Source: Acidobacteriota bacterium
GTDB lineage: Bacteria; Acidobacteriota; CAIWXX01
Assembly (NCBI GenBank): GCA_040755995.1
Contig: JBFMAF010000032.1
Span: forward strand, 257,306-321,305
Direction: 5' to 3'
DNA: 64,000 nt
Part shown: positions 30,339-39,968 of the stretch, one piece after another
Layout: the number at the start of each line of letters is the position of its first letter
Position numbering within the stretch: the first letter of the stretch is position 1
Made by a program: the position numbers and the translations under genes
Notes under the pieces: model-generated
Databases searched by the model: none
Told to the model about the DNA's origin: nothing
The model's input: the letters and a program-made list of their open reading frames with translations, nothing else

Positions 30339-31538
30339 TCACTCGGCCCGGAGCGCTTCCAGCGGGTCCAGGCGCGCGGCCCGCCGCGCCGGCACGACGC
30401 CGCTCGCGATGCCCACACAGATGCTCACCAGAAGCGACAGCCCCACGTAAAGCACGGGCACCTCCACCGGAAGCGCGGGCACCATGATCCCCAGAAGCTG
30501 CGCGATCACGATGCCCGCCAGGACGCCGAAAACTCCCCCGGTGGTCGACAGCAGCACGGCTTCGCTCAAGAACAGCAGCAGGATCTGCCGGGGCTCCGCA
30601 CCCACCGCCTTCTCCAGGCCGATCTCGCCCACCCGTTCGTTGACCGAGATCCACATCATCGTCAGGATCCCGATGCTCCCGACAACCAGCGAGATGGCCG
30701 CAATCGCGCCGATGGCCATCGTTATCATGTTGAGGATCTTGTTGAGGCTCTCGAGCATCTCGGTCTGCGTGATGATCGTGAAATCCTCCTCGTTGTCGTG
30801 CCGTTCTTTGACCACATGCCGGATGCCCTCCTCGACGAAGTCCGCACGCACGCCGGCCGAGAACAGCACGTCGACCCCCATCAAGCCTTCTTTGTTGAAG
30901 ATCTTCATGGCCAGGGCGACCGGGATGTATGCCGTGTCGTCCAGATCGAGGCCCAACATCTGGCCCTTGGGCTCCATGACACCTACTACCGCGAAACGGC
31001 GGCCGCCGATGTGGACCCGCTCGCCGAGTGCGTTGGCAGTCCCGAACAGCTCGCGCTTGAGCGTCGGGCCCAGCACAGCGACCGGTGCACCTCGGTGCAG
31101 ATCCGTCTGCGGCAGAAACGTGCCTTGCCCGATGTGGAATTGCCAGACGTCAGGCGCGTCCGGACTGACGCCGTAGACCACCACCGATCTCCCGCGCTCA
31201 CCCGCTTCCACCCTCGCCGAGCCGAAGCAGACTGGCGCGATCTTCAGTACGCCCGGGACTCGCAGCAGCGCCAGCGCGTCGTCGAGCGTGACCTTGCGCT
31301 GTGTAGTGGCAACCCCCGGCATTCCGAACGTCTCGGCCTTGCCCGGCTGCAAACTGATGATGTTCGTCCCGAACTGGGTGAACTGGTGCAGGATATATAC
31401 TCGCAGCCCTTCGCCAATCGACGTCAGCAGGATGACTGAGGCCGTGCCGATTGTGATCCCGAGCATCGTGAGGAACGTGCGCAACCTGTGCGCCATCACG
31501 ACGCCGGACGTCAGATGAACGACGTCTCTCAGCTCCAT
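30339..31538 (-). CDS. MacB-like ABC transporter permease
   Basis: RTFLTMLGITIG, SVNERVGEIGLEKAVGA and PARRAARLDPLEALRAE. Confidence 0.93.
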   Translation of the reverse strand: MELRDVVHLTSGVVMAHRLRTFLTMLGITIGTASVILLTSIGEGLRVYILHQFTQFGTNIISLQPGKAETFGMPGVATTQRKVTLDDALALLRVPGVLKIAPVCFGSARVEAGERGRSVVVYGVSPDAPDVWQFHIGQGTFLPQTDLHRGAPVAVLGPTLKRELFGTANALGERVHIGGRRFAVVGVMEPKGQMLGLDLDDTAYIPVALAMKIFNKEGLMGVDVLFSAGVRADFVEEGIRHVVKERHDNEEDFTIITQTEMLESLNKILNMITMAIGAIAAISLVVGSIGILTMMWISVNERVGEIGLEKAVGAEPRQILLLFLSEAVLLSTTGGVFGVLAGIVIAQLLGIMVPALPVEVPVLYVGLSLLVSICVGIASGVVPARRAARLDPLEALRAE

Positions 31539-31579
31539 GGGACTCTCCGCAAGTCTGGGGGCGGCTGGCCGTCGCCGCA

Positions 31580-31660
31580 GACGCGGATACGCGGAGACAC
31601 GGAGACGCGGAGAAAACGCCGCGCGCGTTCACCGCGTCTCCGCGTCACCGTGTCACTGCG
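31580..31660. repeat. Inverted octamer arrays (ACRCGGAG / CTCCGYGT) between the two permease genes
   Basis: acgcggat acgcggag acacggag acgcggag ... caccgcgt ctccgcgt caccgtgt. Confidence 0.85.
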
Positions 31661-31694
31661 CCGGTCGCGCATCGTTCGAATCCTCATGAGACGC

Positions 31695-32900
31695 TCAGCG
31701 CCTCCCCAGGGCAAGGATCGGGTCCAGGCGCGCCGCGCGGCGCGCGGGTAAGACCCCGAACAGTATCCCGACGCCGAGCGCCACAACCAGCGCCGCCAGC
31801 ACGGCCCAGTCTGGCACCTGTGCCGGGAGGGCGGGGAGGAGGCGGACGGAGAGGCGTACGAGGACCCCGGCCGACACAAGGCCTACGACACCGCCGAGGA
31901 CCGAGAGCAGCCCGGCCTCGGCGAGGAAAGCCATGACAACCTGCGACCTGGTGACTCCAACCGCCTTCAGCAGCCCGATTTCGGTTGTTCGCTCCGAGAC
32001 GGACACCAGCATGACATTCATGATGCCGACCCCGGCAACCGTCAGAGAGATGGCGGCTATCCCGACCAGCGCGAGCGTGAGCGCCCTGAAGATATTGTTG
32101 AAGGCGGCCAGCACCGAGTCCTGGGTGATAACCGTGATGTCCTCTTCATCGTCATGGCGCTCGGTGATTACCTTGAGGATCTCGTTCTTGACGTGGAGGA
32201 GCGCCTGGTGTGAGTTCGCCTCGATCAGCATCCGGAAGAGCGTCGTCTGATTGAAGAGCTTCATCGCGGTCGCGACCGGGATGAAGACTACGTCGTCGAA
32301 ATCGAATCCGACGCTGCGACCCCGCGGTGCGAGGACACCGATGACGCGGAATCTCCAGTCGCCGATCCGCACGAACTGGCCCAGCGGATTGGCTCCGGCG
32401 AAGAGCTTCTGCTGGATGGTCGTGCCGACGACACAGACTGGGGATCCGCGGTCGAGCTCGCCGGGCGGAAGGAAGCTCCCGCGCGGGAGGCGCAGCTTGC
32501 GCAGCTCAAGCATGTCCGACGTCGTCCCGATGATCGTCACGTCGCGGTGCAGCCCGCCGTAGGCGACGGGCGCCTGGCTGATGGTGAGGGGCGCCAAGCG
32601 GCGTATGGCCGGTATCCTGCGCCTGAGGGCCTCGGCGTCGGCGAGCGTGAGGTCGTGAGGCACTCCGCCGATGACCGGCAGCGTGCCGGTCGTCTCGATC
32701 TTGCCCGGGAGCACGATGAGCAAATCGCTGCCGAGCGTGGAAAGCTCGCCCGTGACGTAGATCCTGGCGCCTTCGCCGAGCGCCGTGAGCAGCACAACCG
32801 AGGTCACGCCGATCGCGACTCCCATGGCGCTCAGGCCGCTCCTCAGCTTGTGACCGCGCAGCGCAGTCCACGCGAAGCGAACCAGATCCACAGGGCTCAC
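31695..32900 (-). CDS. MacB-like ABC transporter permease
   Basis: GIMNVMLVSVSERTTEIGLLKAVG and PARRAARLDPI. Confidence 0.93.
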   Translation of the reverse strand: MSPVDLVRFAWTALRGHKLRSGLSAMGVAIGVTSVVLLTALGEGARIYVTGELSTLGSDLLIVLPGKIETTGTLPVIGGVPHDLTLADAEALRRRIPAIRRLAPLTISQAPVAYGGLHRDVTIIGTTSDMLELRKLRLPRGSFLPPGELDRGSPVCVVGTTIQQKLFAGANPLGQFVRIGDWRFRVIGVLAPRGRSVGFDFDDVVFIPVATAMKLFNQTTLFRMLIEANSHQALLHVKNEILKVITERHDDEEDITVITQDSVLAAFNNIFRALTLALVGIAAISLTVAGVGIMNVMLVSVSERTTEIGLLKAVGVTRSQVVMAFLAEAGLLSVLGGVVGLVSAGVLVRLSVRLLPALPAQVPDWAVLAALVVALGVGILFGVLPARRAARLDPILALGRR

Positions 32901-32981
32901 TGTGCGCCCTCTATGCCTCTCCTCGTGACCGCGTCTCTCCCTCTTCGCCGAACTGGTGCCGATGTGCGACGATTGGCGCGA

Positions 32982-33656
32982 TCATTGGTTTGGCTGGTCG
33001 ACGATCATTCCGTCACGCAAGGAGACGATCCGGCGCGCTCGCTGGCCGATGGTGGGATCGTGCGTGACGACGATGAGTGTGAGGCCGTCACGGTTCATTC
33101 GTTCTATCAGCTCGACCACTTCTCGTCCGGAATGGGTGTCGAGGTTTCCGGTGGGCTCGTCGGCGAGGAGCACCGAAGGGCCCATCACTACAGCGCGGGC
33201 TATGGCAGTTCGCTGGCGTTCGCCGCCGGAGAGCTGGTTGGGGCGGTGCCTGGCGCGGTGGGAGAGGCCGACGCTTTCGAGAGCCTTGGCCACTCGCTGC
33301 CTCCGCTCGGCGCCCGGCACTCCGGCAAAGACCATCGGCAGTTCCACGTTGCCGGCGGCATCGAGCCGCGGTATGAGATGGAAGAACTGGAAGACGAAGC
33401 CCATGTGGTGCCGGCGCACCATCGACAGCTCGGCCTCCGACAGCCGGGTCACGTCTTTGCCGCCCAGGCTGTAGGTGCCGGTAGTTGGACGGTCGAGACA
33501 CCCGACGACGTTCAACAGTGTCGACTTCCCGGATCCGGAAGGACCCATCAGGGCGATGTACTCGCCATCCTGGATCTCCAAAGTAATGTCCCGCAGTGCA
33601 TGCACAGTTTCGTCACCGACCTGAAACTCTCGCGAGACCCCTTCGAGCTGGATCAC
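32982..33656 (-). CDS. ABC transporter ATP-binding protein (LolD/MacB-type)
   Basis: GPSGSGKS, LSGGERQR, LLADEPTGNLD and VTHD. Confidence 0.96.
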   Translation of the reverse strand: MIQLEGVSREFQVGDETVHALRDITLEIQDGEYIALMGPSGSGKSTLLNVVGCLDRPTTGTYSLGGKDVTRLSEAELSMVRRHHMGFVFQFFHLIPRLDAAGNVELPMVFAGVPGAERRQRVAKALESVGLSHRARHRPNQLSGGERQRTAIARAVVMGPSVLLADEPTGNLDTHSGREVVELIERMNRDGLTLIVVTHDPTIGQRARRIVSLRDGMIVDQPNQ

Positions 33657-34807
33657 CGTGTGACCTCCTCGGAGACTCTGACCAACGCTCCTTCCTTCAC
33701 CTCCACGCGGTCCAACGACACGGCAACGCGGTCTCCCGCTTTCAGTCCGCCGCGCACCTCGACGAACTCCCAGTTCCTGATGCCTGGCTCGACCTTCCGC
33801 GCAGCCAGGCGGTCCTTGTCGATCACCAACACGCGATCGCCCTCGGTGAGCGCGTGCGCAGGTATGCGGAGCACGTTGTCACGGGCCTGTAGGATCACCT
33901 CAACGTCGGCCGATGTGCCCGGCAGAAGGGTTCTGGCGAACTGCACGTCTTCGAACTCCGCCTCCACGTCCACCGTCCGATTCTGCCCCTCGAAATCGCG
34001 CACGAAGGGTGCCACTCGCGTGAGGCGGCCGGGGAAGGACTTGCCCGGATGCGAATCCAGGCTGATCCTCACGGGCAGGCCTGGTCTCAGCTTAGCGGAG
34101 TCGGTCTCGTCCATCGGGGCTTCAACGTAGATCCCGCGGTCGTCGAGCATATCGATGACCGGAGGGACCGGGAGCGCCGGCGGTGACGGAGTGACCCACT
34201 CGCCGAGTTGCGTGCCGATCTCGACGACAACGCCGTCGAATGGCGCTCGCAGCTCTGTCTTGGCCAGATTCGCCCGCGCCACGTCCACAGCCGCATCTGC
34301 TCGCCGCACCTCGGCCCGGCTCGCCTCGCATCGCGCTTCCGCGGCCTCCCACCCGTTCGAGAGTTGGTCGATCACCGAGTCGCTGATGATGCCCTGCTGC
34401 CGCAGTGCCTGGTTGCGATCGAGCTCGCGTCGAGCCAGGTCAGCTACCAGGCAAGCCTCCTGCTGGGTCGCCCGGGCTGCCTGCGCCGCACGCTCGGAGA
34501 GCATGAGGGCGGCGCGAAGCTCGGAGTCGTCGATGCGGAGGAGCACGTCGCCGCCCCTGACGCGCTGGCCCTCGATCGCTCCAAGATACGTGACCCTGCC
34601 GCCGATCTCCGGGCTGAGCTTCGCGCGACGCCGGACCTTGACCGTGCCGGACTTGCTGTTGGCGACCGTATCCTCGACGCGACCGGCGGCCACACGGTAA
34701 GCCGACACGGGCACGGGCTTCGGGGCGAAGACCGTGAAGCGAAGGACAAGGACGGAAGCTGCAACCACCGCAAGGACAATGAGCCTGTTACGCCACTTGG
34801 GAGTCAT
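33653..34807 (-). CDS. MacA-like periplasmic adaptor (membrane fusion protein)
   Basis: N-terminal TM, lipoyl halves (GGRV..GQRVRGGDVL; LRAPFDGVV) and an alpha-hairpin. Confidence 0.92.
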   Translation of the reverse strand: MTPKWRNRLIVLAVVAASVLVLRFTVFAPKPVPVSAYRVAAGRVEDTVANSKSGTVKVRRRAKLSPEIGGRVTYLGAIEGQRVRGGDVLLRIDDSELRAALMLSERAAQAARATQQEACLVADLARRELDRNQALRQQGIISDSVIDQLSNGWEAAEARCEASRAEVRRADAAVDVARANLAKTELRAPFDGVVVEIGTQLGEWVTPSPPALPVPPVIDMLDDRGIYVEAPMDETDSAKLRPGLPVRISLDSHPGKSFPGRLTRVAPFVRDFEGQNRTVDVEAEFEDVQFARTLLPGTSADVEVILQARDNVLRIPAHALTEGDRVLVIDKDRLAARKVEPGIRNWEFVEVRGGLKAGDRVAVSLDRVEVKEGALVRVSEEVTR

Positions 34808-35148
34808 CTTCTCTCCATTCGGAATTCAACCAGCGAACCATACCACAAGGCGGCCGTCCGTCGCTCCTCAGCACGCGTCCACCAAGCTCTAGACGGCGAT
34901 CCGCGGCCCCGGGGTTACTCGCCTTCGCATTTCGTAGGAAGGGGTGCCTGCAGCGAGCCGATCCGAATTCCCATCTGATTGCCTCCTGTTAGAGTGTACG
35001 GGCCGGCCCAGGAGCTGGTTTCGTTCGGCCCGGGCAGACATGTATGTGCGGGAGGTCACATCACGCAGCGCCGTGGGGCGCGGGACCTTGATTTCGAGCT
35101 TCCCTATGCGATACTCCGATGGTGTCGCACACAAGGAGGAAGAACGGC

Positions 35149-35739
35149 ATGAGGAAGAACACTTGTACACTGGTATTTGCACTTCTCATTTCGGCAGCTC
35201 TGGCGCACGGCGCCACCGAGACCTACTCCATCGATCAAGTCCACTCGCAGGTCGGGTTCTCTATCAGGCATTTCTTCAGCAAGGTGCCCGGAAAGTTCAC
35301 CAGGTTCGCCGGGACTCTCAGCGGAGATCGCTCCGACCTGCAAACCGCCAAGGTGAGCGTCGAGATCGAAGCGGCCAGCATCGACACCGGCAACAACGAT
35401 CGCGACAAGCATCTGCGATCTGCGGATTTCTTCGACGTGGAGAAGTACCCGAAGATCACTTTCGACAGCAAATCGGTCAGAGTGGAGAGCCCGACCCACG
35501 TCGTCGTCACCGGCGACCTCTCGATGCACGGTGTGACAAAGAGTGTTGATCTTCAGGTAGATGTTCTGGGATTCGGTCCAGACGGCATGGGCGGCTTCCG
35601 CGCTGGTTTCGAGGCGAAGACGAAGCTCAACCGCAAAGACTTCGGAGTCGTGTGGAACAAGATCCTCGAAGCCGGCGGCACACTTCTCGGCGATCAGGTC
35701 GAGATCACGATCAACGTCGAAGCCATCCGCCTGCAGTAG
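35149..35739 (+). CDS. YceI family periplasmic lipid/quinone-binding protein
   Basis: YSIDQVHSQVGFSIRH, SIDTGNNDRDKHLRSADFFD and LNRKDFG. Confidence 0.93.
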   Translation: MRKNTCTLVFALLISAALAHGATETYSIDQVHSQVGFSIRHFFSKVPGKFTRFAGTLSGDRSDLQTAKVSVEIEAASIDTGNNDRDKHLRSADFFDVEKYPKITFDSKSVRVESPTHVVVTGDLSMHGVTKSVDLQVDVLGFGPDGMGGFRAGFEAKTKLNRKDFGVVWNKILEAGGTLLGDQVEITINVEAIRLQ

Positions 35740-36035
35740 GCGAAAGGGGAAAGGGAAAAGGGTCAAGGGACGAGGCGTTGCTGCCTCTCACCTGCGGGCC
35801 GGGTCTCGCAGGAGAAGTAGGCGAAAGGGCAAAGGGGCAAGGGCCAAGGGACGTGGCATCGCTGGCTCTCACACTCGGGGCTGGTGCTCGCAGGAGAAGA
35901 GGACCACACAGCCGACCGAAGATGCGGTCTGAGACCCACTTGCCTTTCTGCCCTATCCGATACGCCTGCGCGCAGGCTCCCTGCGGATAGAGGCAGCGTT
36001 GGACCGTCGCTTTGCCCTTGCCCCTTTCCCCGCCT
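35736..36035. repeat. ~81-bp tandem duplication carrying G-rich heptamer arrays, with an inverted C-rich array at about 36005-36035
   Basis: gtaggcgaaagggN..caagggacgNggc..ctctcac..ctcgcaggagaag twice (35736, 35817); same unit type as 6070-6214. Confidence 0.8.
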
Positions 36036-36179
36036 GTCCCCCTACAGCATCCTTGCGCCAGTCGCCAGAGTCGCTGCTCCTGCTGCTAAGTCTTTGATTC
36101 TGAGGCTGTAACAAGAACAAGCGCCGCGGCTACCTGTCGAGCCAACCCAACCTCCCGCGCCAGATTCGTATCTCGGCTC

Positions 36180-36208
36180 TTGACTTTCCGCTAATATGCG
36201 ACTATATT
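36180..36208 (+). promoter_or_regulatory. Sigma70-type promoter of the cytochrome operon, in an AT-rich block
   Basis: TTGACT-17 bp-TATATT. Confidence 0.65.
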
Positions 36209-36272
36209 AATATTCGAGTATTTGATTTAATACTTAGCTACTTGATTCAGGTTGGAGATAAGGAGGAAGCCA

Positions 36273-36623
36273 ATGATGAAATCAAGTTACGGTCTGATTC
36301 TCGCCGGCCTGCTGATCGCAGGTGTCGGCCTCGCGTGGGCGAAGGACAAGGAGAAGGACGGGCAGGCACTGTACAAGGAGTACTGCAAGACCTGTCATCA
36401 GGCCAAGTCGCCCAACGGCGAGTACACGCCGATGACGCTCATTCAGGAGCAGTGGGAGAGGTTCTTCAAGGACAAGCTGGTGTCAAGCCACGAGAAGGTC
36501 ACCGATCCCAGTCACGAAGGAAAGAAGGTCCTGGAGCTGCTCACGCCGGAGATGCTCGAGACGCTCAAGAAGTGGGTCATCGACCATGCCGCTGACTCAG
36601 AGCACCCGATGACGTGCGGATAA
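36273..36623 (+). CDS. Small periplasmic monoheme c-type cytochrome
   Basis: Signal peptide, GQALYKEYCKTCH and C-terminal HAADSEHPMTCG; AGGAGG RBS. Confidence 0.88.
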   Translation: MMKSSYGLILAGLLIAGVGLAWAKDKEKDGQALYKEYCKTCHQAKSPNGEYTPMTLIQEQWERFFKDKLVSSHEKVTDPSHEGKKVLELLTPEMLETLKKWVIDHAADSEHPMTCG

Positions 36624-36654
36624 GGACCTGACTTTGGAAGAAAGGAATACCGGA

Positions 36655-38382
36655 ATGAAGCGGATTCATATCGCCACTCTGATTCTAACCCTCATGTTTG
36701 CGCCCGGCGTTGTGGCGTGGGCGCAGTCCGGCGGGGAAGAGCCGGAGGAGAACGCCCCCGCCGAAACCCCTTCCGCGGAACCCGAGCAGCCGGCACCAGC
36801 AGAGGACGAAGGGAAGGGGGAAGTCGAGAAGCTCAAGGACGAGCTCAAGAACGCCGAGAAGCAAATCCAGAAACTCGAGCGGCAGGACGCGCTGGACCGA
36901 ATCCAGTTCGGCGGCGACTACCGGTTCGAGGCGCACACGATCGATGCCACAATCCCCGATCACTACGACGGCATGCTGCTGCAGAACGCCCTGGTGAACA
37001 CGCTATTCTACTACGGAGCCACAGGACAGTTCCCCCAGAACCCGACGCAGGTGAACCAGTTCATCGCCGGCCACTACGGCGACTACATGTACTTCACGGA
37101 TCATCTGACGTTTGACGCTCTCAAGGGCTACATGTCGCAATTCCCGCCCGAGATGCAGCAGCAGCTCATGGGGATGCTGCTTCCGTACACCTATGTGCCG
37201 GGATACGACGCCAACAACACCATCCTGTACACCAACCGCCTTCGGTTGACGTTGGAAGCTCCAGTCGGAGAGAACATCAGCTTCTCGGGGCGGCTCTCCA
37301 TGTACAAGGTGTTCGGCGACTCGACCGGCGTACAGGTATTCAACGGCCAGCCCAACTCGATCGCGATCGACGGCACCACAGTGGGCGTTCCCAATTCCGA
37401 CATCCTGCGCGTCGAGAGAGCCTACTTCGACTGGAAGAACATCGGCGGGCTTCCCATCTATCTCTCGATCGGCCGCAGGCCGTCGACCGGCGGAGCCCCG
37501 CTGCACTTGCGACAGGACGAGCCGCGAGGCGGGTCGCCTCTGGGCTCGGTCATCGACTACCAGTTCGACGGCATCACCTTCGGCGTGCATATCGGTGAGC
37601 ACTCGACCGCCCGGCTCTGCTACGGGCTCGGCTACGAGTCAGGCTTCGGCAACGGCGACGTACTGAAGCTCCCTCAAGACCGCCTCGACGACGCGCAGTT
37701 CATCGGCATCAACTGGGACATCTGGAACAGCGACGCGACCTTCGTGCAGACCACACTCGCCTGGGCTATCGACGTGACCGACGGGTTCAACGGGCTGGTG
37801 GTTCTGCCGAACAACCCCGTCACCGGACAGCCCATCGGCGCCCCCGTCATCCTGCGGTTCACCCCGTCTGCCAATCTCGGCAACATCACGCTCGCGAGCG
37901 GTGTAGTCACGCGACGCGACGGCCCGCTCGACTGGTTCGTGAGCGGCAACTACATGTCGTCGGACCCGACGCTGGCGACGACGCCGTTCGGCGGCCTCTT
38001 CAGCGATCCGTTCGAGAAGCCGGAATCCCATAGCGGCGGCATGATCTACGTCGGCGCCCGATACAACTTCGCGAACGAAAAGACGAAGCTCGGCCTGGAA
38101 TACAACCACGGTTCGAAGTACTGGTTCAACTTCTCGGCCGCGGAAGACGACATCATCGCCCCGAAGACCAACACGCGCGGCGACGTGGTCGAGCTCTACC
38201 TGACGCACCGCATCGCGAAGCGGTTCATCTTCAAGGCGGATTTCATGCACTACAAGTACGACTACTCCGGCTCCGGCTGGCACCTCGGCGCCCCCAAGCC
38301 GTTGGATGAGAAGCCTATCCTGGGATTCCCAACCTACGACAGGATCTCGAAGCTCGCCGTGAGCATGGTCGCACGCTTCTAG
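36655..38382 (+). CDS. DUF3373-like outer-membrane beta-barrel protein
   Basis: Signal peptide, short coiled coil, GGDYRF, YTNRLRL, RLSMYKVFGD, SIGRRPSTGG, EYNHGSKYW and a terminal F. Confidence 0.75.
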   Translation: MKRIHIATLILTLMFAPGVVAWAQSGGEEPEENAPAETPSAEPEQPAPAEDEGKGEVEKLKDELKNAEKQIQKLERQDALDRIQFGGDYRFEAHTIDATIPDHYDGMLLQNALVNTLFYYGATGQFPQNPTQVNQFIAGHYGDYMYFTDHLTFDALKGYMSQFPPEMQQQLMGMLLPYTYVPGYDANNTILYTNRLRLTLEAPVGENISFSGRLSMYKVFGDSTGVQVFNGQPNSIAIDGTTVGVPNSDILRVERAYFDWKNIGGLPIYLSIGRRPSTGGAPLHLRQDEPRGGSPLGSVIDYQFDGITFGVHIGEHSTARLCYGLGYESGFGNGDVLKLPQDRLDDAQFIGINWDIWNSDATFVQTTLAWAIDVTDGFNGLVVLPNNPVTGQPIGAPVILRFTPSANLGNITLASGVVTRRDGPLDWFVSGNYMSSDPTLATTPFGGLFSDPFEKPESHSGGMIYVGARYNFANEKTKLGLEYNHGSKYWFNFSAAEDDIIAPKTNTRGDVVELYLTHRIAKRFIFKADFMHYKYDYSGSGWHLGAPKPLDEKPILGFPTYDRISKLAVSMVARF

Positions 38383-38410
38383 TCCGAGTCGAATCGAGCC
38401 TCTTTGTGAA

Positions 38411-38453
38411 AGGCGCGAGGCCTCCGGCAAGGGCCTCGCGCCTCCTCTTTTCT
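38411..38453 (+). terminator. Intrinsic terminator-like hairpin
   Basis: AGGCGCGAGGCC...GGCCTCGCGCCT followed by CCTCTTTTCT. Confidence 0.7.
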
Positions 38454-38510
38454 CTTGCCATAGGCGACACCGCCCCGTGATATGCTCTCTGAATGGAGCG
38501 AGGAGGACTT

Positions 38511-39926
38511 ATGCGGAGATTTCATGCTTCCGCAATCGCACTATTGACGGCGGCTGCACCAGTGTTTGCCGCCGCGGAGTATTCCCACAGCAAGTACTTC
38601 GAGCACTATGAAGGCACGAAAACCTGCCTGAAGTGCCACCTGAACGCCGCTCAGTCTTTTTTCAACTCACAGCACTACCAATGGCAAGGTGAAGCGCCGC
38701 AGATCGTGAACGCCGCCGGGAGAAGGCTGGGCAAGATCAACACGATAAACGATTTCTGCACCAGCCCACGCGCGAGCTGGATCGGCATCCTCCACAACTC
38801 GCGAGGCGATGTCATATCCAAAGGATGTTCGGCCTGCCACGCCGGTCTCGGGAAACTCCCTGACTCCAGGATGACCACCGAGCAGCTCGAGAACATCGAC
38901 TGCCTCATCTGTCACGCGTCCGGCTACCAGCGCGATCTGTATCCCGGAGCGAAGAAGGGATGGGAATGGAAACCGGTTCTCTGGAAGAACCAGGAGGGCC
39001 TGGATTCGGTCTCCAAGAGGATCGGCATGCCGACGCGCAAGAACTGCCTGCGATGCCACGCCGGCTCAGGCGGCGGACCGAACTTCAAGCGCGGCGATAT
39101 CGAGTACAAGCTGTCCGAGTGCGATCGGGACTTCGACGTGCATATGGCCGCGGACGGGACCAACTTCCAGTGCATCGACTGCCATCAGGGCGAAGACCAC
39201 CGCGTCCGCGGGCGCGGCGCCGACCTGTCCGGCACCGACATGCCCGGGAAGCCCCTTTCGTGCGACGGCGGGGAATGCCACGGACCGGCTCCGCACGAAG
39301 CCGAGGTGCTGAACTATCACACGAAGCGCGTCTACTGCGCCACCTGCCATATACCGACCTTCGCCAGGGCCGATTCAACCGACATGGCGCGCGATTGGTC
39401 CAAGCCTGTTCACAACGAGGAACTGGACAAGTGGAGTGCGACGATCACGCTGGAGAAGGATGTGATGCCGGTCTATGCCTGGTACAACGGGACCACCGAG
39501 GAGCAGCTGCCGGGCGAGCCGGTGAAGAAGCTCGCCGGCGGTGCCGTCGGCATGATGATGCCGCAGGGCGGCAAGGACGATCCCAAGTCTCGCATCTATC
39601 CGTTCAAGCTCCATCGCGGCAAGCTGCCGGTGCTCGACGGGAAGAACTTCCTCCTCCCGATAGTCGTCGAGGAGTTCTTCGCGGACGGGAACATCGACAG
39701 GGCAGTCAAGGGCGCGGCGCTGGAGATGTACAATGTGAAGAATGCGACGTATACGTGGGTCGACACGGTGCGATACATGGGCATCTACCACGAGGTCCAG
39801 CCCAAGGAAAAGGCATTGGAGTGTCTCGACTGCCACGGGGCCAAGGGCCGGCTCGACTGGAAGGCGCTCGGGTACGCCGGCGATCCCGTTCTGGCGAGGC
39901 TGGAAGTCGCGCACACTGCCAGGTAG
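38511..39926 (+). CDS. Octaheme c-type cytochrome, octaheme tetrathionate reductase (OTR)-like
   Basis: 7 CxxCH plus one CX4CH (CDGGECH); GKINTINDFC, HAGSGGG..KRGD, DVHM and CATCHIPTFAR. Confidence 0.85.
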   Translation: MRRFHASAIALLTAAAPVFAAAEYSHSKYFEHYEGTKTCLKCHLNAAQSFFNSQHYQWQGEAPQIVNAAGRRLGKINTINDFCTSPRASWIGILHNSRGDVISKGCSACHAGLGKLPDSRMTTEQLENIDCLICHASGYQRDLYPGAKKGWEWKPVLWKNQEGLDSVSKRIGMPTRKNCLRCHAGSGGGPNFKRGDIEYKLSECDRDFDVHMAADGTNFQCIDCHQGEDHRVRGRGADLSGTDMPGKPLSCDGGECHGPAPHEAEVLNYHTKRVYCATCHIPTFARADSTDMARDWSKPVHNEELDKWSATITLEKDVMPVYAWYNGTTEEQLPGEPVKKLAGGAVGMMMPQGGKDDPKSRIYPFKLHRGKLPVLDGKNFLLPIVVEEFFADGNIDRAVKGAALEMYNVKNATYTWVDTVRYMGIYHEVQPKEKALECLDCHGAKGRLDWKALGYAGDPVLARLEVAHTAR

Positions 39927-39968
39927 ACATCGCAAGTGCCGAGGCGATCGTGCCATGGGTGACGGACG

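Noticed and set aside
36046..36060. Sigma54 promoter TGGCGCAAGGATGCT on the minus strand
   Set aside because: GG-to-GC spacing is 9 rather than 10 nt, and it faces away from the cytochrome operon
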